Positions 49,899 through 60,300 of a stretch of DNA of 64,000 bases are shown piece after piece; the stretch's first letter is position 1, and every line of letters starts with the position of its first letter. Position numbers and translations under genes: made by a program. Source of the DNA: a virus; IMG/VR virus record IMGVR_UViG_3300027850_000002, positions 32,001 through 96,000 of that record; one strand, 5' to 3'. The notes below the pieces were generated by a model that ran no database searches, was not told the DNA's origin, and was given only the letters and a program-made list of their open reading frames with translations.

Positions 49899-50368
49899 AA
49901 CCCGAGGTACTTCAGCTCTTCATAGCCGAGCTTTGGCTTGACCACGATGGGCGTCCCGTTCGCGGTGTAGCCCGTCACGTCACGCAAGTTACGGATGATC
50001 GTCTCGAGCCATTCGACCTGAGACTTCTCGCCGTCCATGTGGTCCTGCTCGGTGAGCAGGAAGTTGATGACGCCGGTGCCGATGGTGACTTCCTCCTGTA
50101 CGCCGCCAGTGCTCGTTTGAGCGTTCGACGTGTATGACATCCGGTTACGCTGCCTTGCTTTTTCCTGTGTGCGCATCTGGTTCTGGATGTCGATGAGTAC
50201 GGCATCAGTGACCTTGTGTTTCGTGCGCATCTTCTGAATGCGTACGCCGCGCTCTTCGATCTTGTTGCGGATGTCGACGCTCTTCTTCTTCTTGGCGGCC
50301 GTGACAATCTCGTCTGCGGTCTTCTCGAACGTGAAATTGAACATGTTGTCGATCCTCTGAACCTGCAT
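49895..50368 (-). CDS. Hypothetical protein
   Basis: 157 aa ORF in the - strand cluster. Confidence 0.65.
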   Translation of the reverse strand: MQVQRIDNMFNFTFEKTADEIVTAAKKKKSVDIRNKIEERGVRIQKMRTKHKVTDAVLIDIQNQMRTQEKARQRNRMSYTSNAQTSTGGVQEEVTIGTGVINFLLTEQDHMDGEKSQVEWLETIIRNLRDVTGYTANGTPIVVKPKLGYEELKYLGF

Positions 50369-50376
50369 GGCGTCTC

Positions 50377-50865
50377 TTAGGGTTTGGATTCACGCGCCGA
50401 TGCAGCGATAGTCTCGTCGCACAGCGCTTGAATGTTGTTGAGGGTGTCCGGGCCTGGTTCGATCTCGAGTGTCTTGAAGATCGTCAGCTGACCTGCTTTG
50501 TTGAGGGCGAGTCCTGAGATCGATGTACCCATGAGATCGACGCGCAGTGCTGCCGATACGGTCTTCTTGGGATTGCGTGAAAGGACACGCACCATCGAAA
50601 AGTCGATTGCTGAAAACGCCCATCCATCTGGCTGCATTTGCATGAGGGTACCCATCAGGTTGATGGGATCGATGGGCGCCTGCCCGACCAGGGACATGAC
50701 GGCTTCGCCCGTCAAGATGCCGAGCTTCTGCAGCTTCGCGAGATTCTTGACCACGGACGGTGTTGGATATTCGGACAACGTTAGTTCAACGGACAGCGGC
50801 AGCTTGAGATTGAACACCTCGTCCGTCTCGGTGCCTGCCAGGTCTTCAAGCGATACGATGCTCAC
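50377..50865 (-). CDS. Hypothetical protein
   Basis: 162 aa ORF. Confidence 0.65.
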   Translation of the reverse strand: MSIVSLEDLAGTETDEVFNLKLPLSVELTLSEYPTPSVVKNLAKLQKLGILTGEAVMSLVGQAPIDPINLMGTLMQMQPDGWAFSAIDFSMVRVLSRNPKKTVSAALRVDLMGTSISGLALNKAGQLTIFKTLEIEPGPDTLNNIQALCDETIAASARESKP

Positions 50866-51014
50866 AGCGATCGTGCTTTCTTGACCAGGCTTTTCGCAGA
50901 CAGTCGAAGAGGACGATCGTCCCCGATACGTTGAGCGACTAAGGCCGCGAATGCGGCCACTTCAAGCAATAGGGTCCCGACGGCGCGAAGTCGCGCCGAC
51001 GTCATGATGCGCAT
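50862..51014 (-). CDS. Small hypothetical protein with hydrophobic stretch
   Basis: MRIMTSARLRAVGTLLLEVAAFAALVA...; GAGGAG RBS; fills the gap. Confidence 0.5.
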   Translation of the reverse strand: MRIMTSARLRAVGTLLLEVAAFAALVAQRIGDDRPLRLSAKSLVKKARSL

Positions 51015-51018
51015 GGAA

Positions 51019-51348
51019 CTACTCCTCAGCGTGCGCGATGACGCGCTCGCGATCGATGTTGCGCAGCGAAAGTGAGCGGAGAGTCCGCCCCTCCAAGATC
51101 TCACCCACGGCGTAGTAGAACTCCGCGGCGACGTCCGTCACGGTTTTGCTGGGGTCGTTCTGGACGGCACACCACACAGCACGGATGTCACGCAGGCGTC
51201 CGACCACGTCATTGGCGACGCGTGCGCTTACTCCGTTGCGACCTCCGCGACGCCTACTCACGCCTTTGGCTCGAACGGCTTGGTTCCGCATGACGGGCAT
51301 GTTGGGACGTTGACGTTTGTCAGCAATGGCCTGGCGCAGGACGGGCAT
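51019..51348 (-). CDS. Hypothetical protein
   Basis: 109 aa, basic N-terminus. Confidence 0.6.
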   Translation of the reverse strand: MPVLRQAIADKRQRPNMPVMRNQAVRAKGVSRRRGGRNGVSARVANDVVGRLRDIRAVWCAVQNDPSKTVTDVAAEFYYAVGEILEGRTLRSLSLRNIDRERVIAHAEE

Positions 51349-51425
51349 GTAGGGTGTGCCTTTTCGGACGCAGTCTTGGCGGCATCAGTCTCGACATCAA
51401 CACCGAGTTTCTCCATAGCGCTACT

Positions 51426-51764
51426 CTAGCGCAGGGAAACCTTCTTGCTGGTGCCGATTCGGTTGCCGCGGAGGACCGTATAGTCCGACGGAGACCCCTC
51501 GGCGTTGAGGAACTTCTCGGCCTTGTTGACCGAGTCGAACTCGTGAACCACGCCGACGACGACAAAGACCTTGCGAGCCATGCGGAACTTCTTATCATCC
51601 ACGGCCTCGTCCTTCTTATCGTCCGTTTTGACATCGGTTACGACCGTTACCAGCTTGGCATCAGCCGCCGTCTTCTTGTCATCCGGCTTCGCAGTTCCAG
51701 GGGTGGTGGCGGCCGTAGCAGCCTGCACACCCAGAGGCTTCTGATTCGTTTGTGCTTGCGTCAT
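51426..51764 (-). CDS. Hypothetical protein
   Basis: 112 aa, low-complexity T/A/D/K N-terminal half. Confidence 0.65.
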   Translation of the reverse strand: MTQAQTNQKPLGVQAATAATTPGTAKPDDKKTAADAKLVTVVTDVKTDDKKDEAVDDKKFRMARKVFVVVGVVHEFDSVNKAEKFLNAEGSPSDYTVLRGNRIGTSKKVSLR

Positions 51765-51797
51765 AAACCTGTCGTATCACGCGGTCGAATCAAACGT

Positions 51798-52715
51798 CTA
51801 CTGCTTGCCGCGACAATGCCTCCACATCGAGCACCACTTTTCACCGCACCACCAGTTGGAGGGATCGGTCATGGGAAAGTGTCCCAACGCCACGGACTTT
51901 GCGACACCGATGACGACCGCTTCTGCGTGCTTGACCATCCTGTCTGAGATGACGCCCGGCAGCTTCTCGTACCGTGGACGCGGTGTCTTCGCGCGCCCTT
52001 TCACGACCATGTCGACCTGGACATCAGGCACATGCTCAACGCCCGCATAGATAGCGAACTGGAGATCGTTGGCCAGATCAGTCTCGGACCACTTGTCCGT
52101 AACCACCTTGAGGTCGTGAACACGTTTGGGCTTGTTCGGCTGCTTGGACCCCAACGCTTCGCGGATGTCTTGGTACTCCTGTTCAGTGTGTGACTGCACC
52201 TGGATGCTGTCGATGCGACCGAGCACAGGTAGACGAACTTTCCCGTCCTCGCTTCTGAACACCGCGTGGAACGTCTTTTCGACTTCGATGGGGGTCGCGT
52301 CGATTGCGGCCTCATCGTAGTAGGCCTTCGTGCACTTCACGCCGGTGTCCTTGACCGAACCTTCGTCCTCGCCTTCCCAGTCTTCGATCAACTTCTTCGT
52401 TTCGTTGAACGAATCCGAGTAGGCGTCCGTCGCCATCTCCTGGGACATAAGAAGGCCCGTGGCGAGACGTTCCTTGAGGACCTTTTCGACCGCGTTGTGG
52501 ACTTGAATCCCCTGGAACATGCGCGCAACGGTGCGACGCGGTTTGTGCTGAAGGTACGCCAGCTCCCACGACCGGGGGCACTTGAGGAACATGCCAACCT
52601 GTGACGGCGACAGGTACCCGCGCGGCAGGATGTCGACCAGCTCGGGCTCGACGTCGGCCGGAACCTCGACCGCGGGGTCAAGGAACGCTTCTACTTCTTC
52701 CATTCCTACAGTCAT
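51798..52715 (-). CDS. Second PD-(D/E)XK nuclease, Cas4/RecB-like
   Basis: LSPSQ.....CP, GRID, HDLK, LQFAIY, CGEKWCSMWRHC. Confidence 0.85.
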   Translation of the reverse strand: MTVGMEEVEAFLDPAVEVPADVEPELVDILPRGYLSPSQVGMFLKCPRSWELAYLQHKPRRTVARMFQGIQVHNAVEKVLKERLATGLLMSQEMATDAYSDSFNETKKLIEDWEGEDEGSVKDTGVKCTKAYYDEAAIDATPIEVEKTFHAVFRSEDGKVRLPVLGRIDSIQVQSHTEQEYQDIREALGSKQPNKPKRVHDLKVVTDKWSETDLANDLQFAIYAGVEHVPDVQVDMVVKGRAKTPRPRYEKLPGVISDRMVKHAEAVVIGVAKSVALGHFPMTDPSNWWCGEKWCSMWRHCRGKQ

Positions 52716-53098
52716 CGTTTATCCCCTCCGGGGTAATCAAAGGACTCCCCATCCATGAGCTGACGTTCGGGCACAGGGAACTTGCCGGGATTGGCAGCGT
52801 TCTTTTGGGATGCACGAAGAATCGCGTCCATGTCGACAGGCGCATTGCCTCCATCGACGACGGTGAGCGGAGGCGTCGGCGTCGCAGTAACTTCAGGTGC
52901 AGACGCTACGGGCGCGACAGGTGTTGCCTCAAGGTCATCGTCATCCGCGTCACCTTCGTCGACGTTATCGACGGAGACGACTACCGAATTCTTTTTGAAC
53001 ACGATGTTCTCGGCGGTTGCTTCAATGCCCCGCTTCGCGAGGCGCAAGCGCACCATCTTGATGATGTCTTTCTCCTCGTACGTAACCACAATCTTCAT
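52712..53098 (-). CDS. Hypothetical acidic protein
   Basis: 128 aa; ATGA overlaps on both sides. Confidence 0.7.
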   Translation of the reverse strand: MKIVVTYEEKDIIKMVRLRLAKRGIEATAENIVFKKNSVVVSVDNVDEGDADDDDLEATPVAPVASAPEVTATPTPPLTVVDGGNAPVDMDAILRASQKNAANPGKFPVPERQLMDGESFDYPGGDKR

Positions 53099-55080
53099 TT
53101 GGTCCTTTCACGGAGCATGGGCAAGGCATACGCCTTGATGACGGGACGGTCCACTTTCTTCGGGTGAACACACCCCTCTTGAAAGGGTTCGACACCTTTA
53201 GCAAGGCACTTCACCGTATGTGGACACAAGGCGCACTCGATCTTGTTCGTGAGCATCGAGTCAACATCGACCTTGTGATCGAGTAGATGTGCCACGGCGA
53301 GTTCAAGCGTGCCGTGACCGATCATCCGGTTAACGGTAACCTTGTTGTTTTGCCCGATTCGATAGTTACGGTCCAAGCACTGAGAGTACGAATTTAACGA
53401 GTACGGCAAGGAGCTATAGACCGTGTATGTAGCGGAGTTCAACGTGATGCCTAGGCCTGTCGTAACTTGCCCAATGTAAACACGTACGGCGGGATCGTCA
53501 TTGAACGCATCGACAGCGACCATCGGGTCACGCGTATTGCCGTCAACACGAACGTGGCCAATCTCTTCTTTGGTAAAACGCTCTTCAATCAGATCCATCT
53601 CGATGTGAAAGTTGCACCAGATGATCACCTTATGAGTCGACGAATCGAGGATGCTGGTAAGCAATTCCATGATCGCATCGAGTTTGGGATTCTCATCGAA
53701 TACGATGGTCGTTGAAGGCCAAGGTGTCGGGTCTACCAGACAACGCGGGGTTCGAGGGTTGATCTGACGCGCCGTACAATCGTCACGGTGTTCACACGGA
53801 GTACCATCACGAATCGTATCGCAATAGAACGGGTCCTTCTCGCTCTTGATGAGAAAGCCCGACGTGATCTGGAGAAGTTTCATCAACGCAGCCGCACGGT
53901 GTGGCATCTCGACCGCTGAGAGTTGGTGCGGCAATAGAGGTATCACCCCAGGTTCACCAGAACGAATCTGGATACCGAGCTGCGCAAGACCTGCAGGGTC
54001 GATACCCATATCAATGACGATCTTGTCGTAGGCGACCGATTGGGCGCGAGATAGTGAATAATCTACGTCTACGAACGTGCGTTCCGGCAGGTCCAGACAC
54101 TGCTCTTTAGTACGACGTATCGCCAAGAACGTGGTACGTGCATTGATAACGTCGAGATTCTTGTAACCAACCACGATGGGTGAGTTGGGACCGCGAGTGA
54201 CGACAAACGTTTTTTTGTATTTCCAGTACGTCTCGGGCATGAAGCAATCGCCCAGGATCTTGTAAGGGCCATACAGGTCCAGCGGATTGCCCTCGGTAGG
54301 CGAGCCCGTCATGAGGATTCGGCGCATCGCCTTCTGTGCGATCTCCCATGTTGTCTTCGTCCGCTCGGACTGCCAGGTCTTCACGCCGTGGCTTTCATCG
54401 CAGACCAGAATGCTGTAAGGCAGCCGTTCTACGAGCAAATCCACTAAACTTCTCGCAGTGTCGTACGTCGAAAGAACCATGTCGGTGCCCTCGGCCGCCG
54501 CGCGATCGAGGATCGCGCGCTTCTGTTTGGGCGTTCCGACCAGCGCTGCCCACGTCACCTGGCGGCCCGAGTGAAGGTCGATCTGACGACCCCAGTTCCG
54601 GACCGTGACACGCGGGCCGAGTACGAGTGCAGTTGCTGTATTGCCGGTATGGCGCAGAAGCCGGATGAGGTCGATCGCGATCTTCGACTTGCCGAGCCCT
54701 GGATCGTAGAACAACGCTGCCCGCATGTTGTAGAAGACGTGACAGAGTCCTTCGACCTGATGCTGATACGGCGACGTGACGTACTCGAATCCGACGGGCA
54801 GAGCTTGGGCCTCGAGCCGTTGGCGAACCTGTTCGAGGTCTTCGATGTGCCGTTGCGCAACGTCGGAGATCACAACGTTGACGTCGGAGGACACGGCCTG
54901 GAAGTCAGCAAGCACCTTGCTGGATGCCGGATAGAACGCGGGGTACATCCACAGCGCGCGATCGCTGTCCCACGTTGCACCAAACACGCGTCCGAACGTT
55001 TGGTTCTGGCCGTGTACCAGGAAGACGGGCGTTCCGTTGCCCGCACGACCGACACGGATTTCCATTTGGGCTCGACCCAT
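53095..55080 (-). CDS. SNF2-family helicase
   Basis: YQHQ, DPGLGKS, DESH, TGSP, GITL, QCLDRNYRIGQ. Confidence 0.9.
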   Translation of the reverse strand: MGRAQMEIRVGRAGNGTPVFLVHGQNQTFGRVFGATWDSDRALWMYPAFYPASSKVLADFQAVSSDVNVVISDVAQRHIEDLEQVRQRLEAQALPVGFEYVTSPYQHQVEGLCHVFYNMRAALFYDPGLGKSKIAIDLIRLLRHTGNTATALVLGPRVTVRNWGRQIDLHSGRQVTWAALVGTPKQKRAILDRAAAEGTDMVLSTYDTARSLVDLLVERLPYSILVCDESHGVKTWQSERTKTTWEIAQKAMRRILMTGSPTEGNPLDLYGPYKILGDCFMPETYWKYKKTFVVTRGPNSPIVVGYKNLDVINARTTFLAIRRTKEQCLDLPERTFVDVDYSLSRAQSVAYDKIVIDMGIDPAGLAQLGIQIRSGEPGVIPLLPHQLSAVEMPHRAAALMKLLQITSGFLIKSEKDPFYCDTIRDGTPCEHRDDCTARQINPRTPRCLVDPTPWPSTTIVFDENPKLDAIMELLTSILDSSTHKVIIWCNFHIEMDLIEERFTKEEIGHVRVDGNTRDPMVAVDAFNDDPAVRVYIGQVTTGLGITLNSATYTVYSSLPYSLNSYSQCLDRNYRIGQNNKVTVNRMIGHGTLELAVAHLLDHKVDVDSMLTNKIECALCPHTVKCLAKGVEPFQEGCVHPKKVDRPVIKAYALPMLRERTK

Positions 55081-55123
55081 GAGGCGTCCGCCTTTCTATC
55101 ATGCGATGATTGCGGGGTAAACC

Positions 55124-56914
55124 ATGGCCATTGATGGAATGTTCGACTCGGGCGTTTCCGATCTGTCGACGCACAACACGTCGTCACACGGTAGTCCACT
55201 GTTCGACTTCCTCACGGCGTTCGCGCCTAGGAAGCTCAAGGACCTCTTTCGTCTTTGCGAGTACCTCTACTTCAACAGCGCCCAGATCTACGCGGCATTG
55301 CAGAAGTTCTGTACGTATCCCGTCACGGACATCGTCTACGAGACGCAGAACGAAGCGCTCAAGGATTACTACGAAGACCTACACAACAAGACGCTCAAGA
55401 CCAAACGCATCTTGATCCGTGCGGCCGTCGACAAGTTCGTCTACGGAAACGCGTTCTTCTCGATGTACGCGCCGTTCGTTCGCTTCCTCAAGTGTCCGAA
55501 GTGCGCGACGCTGACCAACATCCAGCAGGTCACCTACAAGTTCAAGTTGAAGAAGCTGGCGTTCAACTACACGTGCAAGGGCTGCAGCGTTCGCGTCGAC
55601 GTCACTGACAAGGACGTCATCGATCGCAAGATCACACGCAAGGATCGTATCTCAGTGATCCGCTGGGATCCGAAGCTGATGGACATCGACTACAACCCCA
55701 TCACCGGACACAGCGAGTACTACTACACGATCCCCAAGGAAATTAAGGAGCGTTGCGCCAAGGGGAACAAGCACCTCATCGACACCATGCCGATGGAGTT
55801 CTTGAAGGCGATCCGCGAGGACAAGATCTTCAAGTTCGACGAGGGTCAAGTCTTCCACATGCGCATGGATGCGCCTGCGGGTATCGAAGCGCAGTGGGGC
55901 TTCCCGCCACTCGCGTCGACGATCAAGCTGTTCTTCTACGCGGCCGTGCTGCGTAAGGCGAACGAGGCCATCGCGCTCGAGTACATCGTTCCCCTGCGCA
56001 TCATCTCGCCGAAGCAGTCGACGGCAAACGCTGATCCGATGACCACCATCTCCTTGGCCAAGTGGTCCGAGGAGATGAAGACGTCGGTCAAGAAGTGGCG
56101 CCGCGATCCACTGCACATCATGTGGTCGCCAATCCCCGCCGAAGTCACACACCTCGGTGGACAGGCGCGCGCACTCATGACGCTCGGCGAAGTCCAGGCG
56201 GCTGAAGACAACATCATTGCAGCGATGGGGTTGCCCAAGGAGTTCATCTACGGAGGTTTCTCCGCGATGGGCTCGGGCATTCAGTTGCGCGTCCTCGAGA
56301 ATCAGCTCGTCCACCAAACCGGCGACCTCAATGACCTTCTTCAATGGGTCACTGACAAATCCGCGAAGCAGCTCGGACGTGGCACCGTGGTGGTCTCGCT
56401 CGCTCCGTTCCGTTTCATCGACGACGTCCAACAGAAATCCCTTCTGCTGCAGCTCAACGGCGCAGACCCATCGACGGGTCCTTGGATTTCCAAGCGCACG
56501 ATCGGCGTGGCGTTCGACATCGATCCAAGCGACGAGCGCAAGTGGCGCAAGCAAGAGGCGCTCGACGATGCGCGTGTCGCGCAAGAGCTGCAGGTCGAGA
56601 TGCAGAAGCGGCAGAACAACCTTGGAGCCCAGGCACGTGCGCAGGCTCAGCAAGGTCAGCAAGGGCTGTCCTACGACCAGCAGGCCGTGATCGCAGAGGC
56701 AGATCAGCTCGTGCAACAACTGATGGGGTTGGACCCGGGAACGCGGCAATCGCAAATGCACGCGCTTCAGACCGAAGACATGGTGATGTACGCCGTGGTC
56801 AAGGAACGTCTGCACGACCAGACCACGCAGCAAAACCAGCAAGCGATCGCAGCGGCCCGCCAAGGCGGCGATCCCGCAGCCAACGGAGTGCCCCCTCCAG
56901 GCGCCGTGGGTTGA
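55124..56914 (+). CDS. Putative portal protein with CxxC...CxxC insert
   Basis: FVYGNAF, VFHMR...WGFP, IIAAMGLPKEFIYG portal-like motifs; Gln-rich tail. Confidence 0.7.
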   Translation: MAIDGMFDSGVSDLSTHNTSSHGSPLFDFLTAFAPRKLKDLFRLCEYLYFNSAQIYAALQKFCTYPVTDIVYETQNEALKDYYEDLHNKTLKTKRILIRAAVDKFVYGNAFFSMYAPFVRFLKCPKCATLTNIQQVTYKFKLKKLAFNYTCKGCSVRVDVTDKDVIDRKITRKDRISVIRWDPKLMDIDYNPITGHSEYYYTIPKEIKERCAKGNKHLIDTMPMEFLKAIREDKIFKFDEGQVFHMRMDAPAGIEAQWGFPPLASTIKLFFYAAVLRKANEAIALEYIVPLRIISPKQSTANADPMTTISLAKWSEEMKTSVKKWRRDPLHIMWSPIPAEVTHLGGQARALMTLGEVQAAEDNIIAAMGLPKEFIYGGFSAMGSGIQLRVLENQLVHQTGDLNDLLQWVTDKSAKQLGRGTVVVSLAPFRFIDDVQQKSLLLQLNGADPSTGPWISKRTIGVAFDIDPSDERKWRKQEALDDARVAQELQVEMQKRQNNLGAQARAQAQQGQQGLSYDQQAVIAEADQLVQQLMGLDPGTRQSQMHALQTEDMVMYAVVKERLHDQTTQQNQQAIAAARQGGDPAANGVPPPGAVG

Positions 56915-56929
56915 TAGGATAAACACACC

Positions 56930-57307
56930 ATGCCTCAAGAGTCTGAAGACTTCGCCGACGTCATCGAGAAAGCCCAGCGCATCGGTGGCGACATGGGCAG
57001 CCTGTTCAACGGGCCCGGCCGTGTTGCGTTCGAAGCGCAACAGCCGAATCGTGCAGGACCTGTCCAAGACTACGAGGCGCATTCCGAAGTCTTTGCGCTC
57101 CCGGCTGATCGAGAAGCCTACGAAGACGTCATGAACCAAGTCCTGCGCGGTGAAGCGATCATGCGCTACGAGGTCCGTACATTCTCCAAGGAGGGGGACT
57201 TCATGGTTGCGCTGGTCTACCTGACGCCGCTTGCGCGTCCAGCACCAGCACACGATCGAGACGCAGGCGATGCCGAGCCTGTCGAACGACCGCGACGGCT
57301 GCCCTAG
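56930..57307 (+). CDS. Hypothetical protein
   Basis: 125 aa between portal and RNAP. Confidence 0.7.
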   Translation: MPQESEDFADVIEKAQRIGGDMGSLFNGPGRVAFEAQQPNRAGPVQDYEAHSEVFALPADREAYEDVMNQVLRGEAIMRYEVRTFSKEGDFMVALVYLTPLARPAPAHDRDAGDAEPVERPRRLP

Positions 57308-57339
57308 TGGAGTCTTGTACCAAAAAGGACGCGTAACTC

Positions 57340-60300
57340 ATGGTGCCGCTACGCCCAATGCTCGAAGACGCGGCCACGCGTCGCGAGATGATCCGCAAGA
57401 AGGTCATCGAGGGTCTCGAACAATCGTTCCCGCTGAAGGCGGGCAAACACATGGTCGAGCTGTCCAACGTTCGGGTGGACCCGCAGGAGTTTTCCTCCCG
57501 CGAACAGAAGCGTGCGGTGCTCGAAGGCAAGACGTTATCGGAACGTGTACGCGGTGACATCACGGTCAAGAACGCAGCGGGCGGTGTCGTCGACCACTCG
57601 AAGGACTTCACACTGCTTCAGCTGCCGTACTTTACGCCGCGACACACGTTCATCCTCGACGGCACAGAGTACTCCGTATCGAATCAGCTGCGCACCAAAC
57701 CAGGCGCGTACGTCCGTCGCCGCGGCAACGAAGAGCTGGAGGCGACGTTCAACCTTTCAAAGGGCGCCAACTTCCGTGTGTCGATGGAGCCCGAGAAGGG
57801 CCTCCTCTACATGCAGCCGTCACACACGACGACCAAGATCCCGTTGCATCCCATCCTACGCGCGCTGGGGATGCCGCATCAGGACATCGCGGCCGGATGG
57901 GGCTCCGAAATCGCGGGCATGAATCGTGACGCTTGGAAGAATCCAGACAAGCACGTCAGCAAGCTTTACGAGACGCTCATCCATCCCGCGAAACAGGTCG
58001 CAGCGACCACAGAAGATCGAGCACACGCGTTGCGTGAATACTTCAGTGCAACGGCGATGGACCCTGAGGTCACTGCACACACGCTCGGTTATCCGTACGA
58101 CAAAGCTTCGTCATCGTCGATCCTGGCGGCATCCAAGAAACTGCTCGACGTGCACAGGGCCGCCGCCGATGTCGACGACCGTGACTCGTTGGCGTTCAAA
58201 ACGTTTCACTCCGTAGACGACTTCGTCAAAGAACGGGTTCAGCTGGAAGCGCGTGCGATGCGCGCAAAGCTTGGCTGGAAACTGGACGCGAGCCACGGCA
58301 ACCTGAAGAAGGCGCTGCCCGCAGGACCGTTCACGCGTTCGATGCACGGTCTCTTGGTGGGCTCGTCGCTTTCGGCGGTCCCCATGCAGATCAATCCGAT
58401 GGAGCTGCTCGACGAGGCGTCACGCGTCACGATGCTTGGTGAAGGTGCGATTGCGTCCGAGCGCGCGATCCCCCTCGAGGCTCGTGATGTTCATCCAACC
58501 CACTTCGGAATTCTGGACCCTGCACGCACGCCTGAAAGCTTCAAGGTGGGCGTGGACCTGCGCGCAACAATCGGCGCACGGCGTGATGACAAGGGAAACC
58601 TCTACGCGCCCGTGCGCGATATCAAGAGCGGCGCAGCGACGTATCTCAAGGCGGGCGACATGGCGAAGTCCGTCATCGCATTCCCTGGCGAACATGTCGG
58701 GCCAGGAAAAATGGTCGATGCGATGGCGCACGGAGTGGTGTCGCGTGTGTCGTCCGACAAGGTCACGCACCAGCTCGAACACGTCGCTGATCAGTACGGG
58801 CCGACCTCAAACCTGTTGCCGTTGGTCTACGGTATCCAGGCAAACCGCGTGCTCATGGCCAGCAAACACCAAGGCCAGGCATTGCCGCTCACGTACCGTG
58901 AAGCGCCGCTCGTACAGGTCGCGTCGTGGAAGCCAGGGACGTCTGTCGAACGAGAGATGGTCAAACTGATTGTTCCAACCGCGCGCTTCGCCGGCATGGT
59001 CACAAAGATCGACGACGATCACATCCACATCACGCCGCACACAGACAAACACGCATCTGAGGCCGCATCTGAAGTCGAGACGCGGTTGGAACGTGTGAAG
59101 GTGGCAGCGACGGAGCCTCACAAACTCCATTACGACGTGCACTTTCCGCTCGCTGCCAAGACGATGCTCCACAATGAGCTAACCGTGAAGGTGGGCGACC
59201 GTGTCGAAAAGGACCAGCTCCTCGCGCACTCGAACTTCACCAAGGACGGAACGCTCGCCCTCGGGACCAACCTGCGCGTGGCGTACATGCCCTACCGCGG
59301 CCTCAACACCAACGATGGCATCGTCGTATCGCAAGGCGCTGCGGACAAGCTCACCAGCGAACACATGTACCAACACGCGCTCTCACGTGACGGTGATGTT
59401 CAGCTAGGTCGAGAAAAACATCGTACGTACTTCGGCAGTCGCTACACCGCAGAGCAGTACAACAAGCTAGACGACGACGGTGTCGTCAAACCCGGTACGA
59501 CATTGCACAAGGGTGACTTGATTGTCGCGGGTATTCGAGAGAACAAAGTCACGGGGGACGCGCTCCTCCTTGGCAAGCTGTCCAAGTCCTTGGTCAAGCC
59601 GTATCAAGAAGTCACGCAAGTCTGGACGCACGACCATCCCGGTACGGTGATCGACGTTGCCAAGACCGCCAAGCAAGCCGCTGCATCTGTTCGTACGCAA
59701 GAAACGCTTCAAATCGGCGACAAGCTGTCCAACCGATTCGGCAACAAGGGCGTCATCGCGAAGATCATCCCAGATCATCAGATGATCCAGGACGAACACG
59801 GGCGCCCTGTCGACCTGCTGTTCACCTCCGCGGGCATCGTCTCGCGCATTAACCCCGCGCAGGTCATCGAGACAGCGCTCGGCAAAGTTGCTGAGAAGAT
59901 CGGCAAACCGATCGTCGTACCGCAATACACGCCGGGCCGAGACAACATCCAGTTCGCCAAGAACCTGCTCAAGGAGCACGGGCTCACCGACAAGGAAACG
60001 GTCCTCGACCCGATGACGGGAAAGAAAATCCCGAACATCGTCGTGGGCAAGAGCTACATCCTCAAGCTGTTCAAGACGACGGACTCGAACTGGGCAGCAC
60101 ACGGCGCCGAGAAGTACGACTACAACCAGCAGCCCGCACGTGGTGGTGACGAAGGCGCCAAGGGCATCGGCAAGATGGAGTTCGACGGGCTCGTGGCACA
60201 CAACGCCCGGAATGTGTTGCGTGAAGCTGCGTCCATCAAGAGCCAACGTAACGACGAGTTCTGGCGTGCAATTCAACTCGGGCTTCCAACACCCTCGCCC

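Noticed and set aside
55652-57253. 533-aa ORF on the - strand
   Set aside because: Antisense to the putative portal and the next gene; no recognisable motifs
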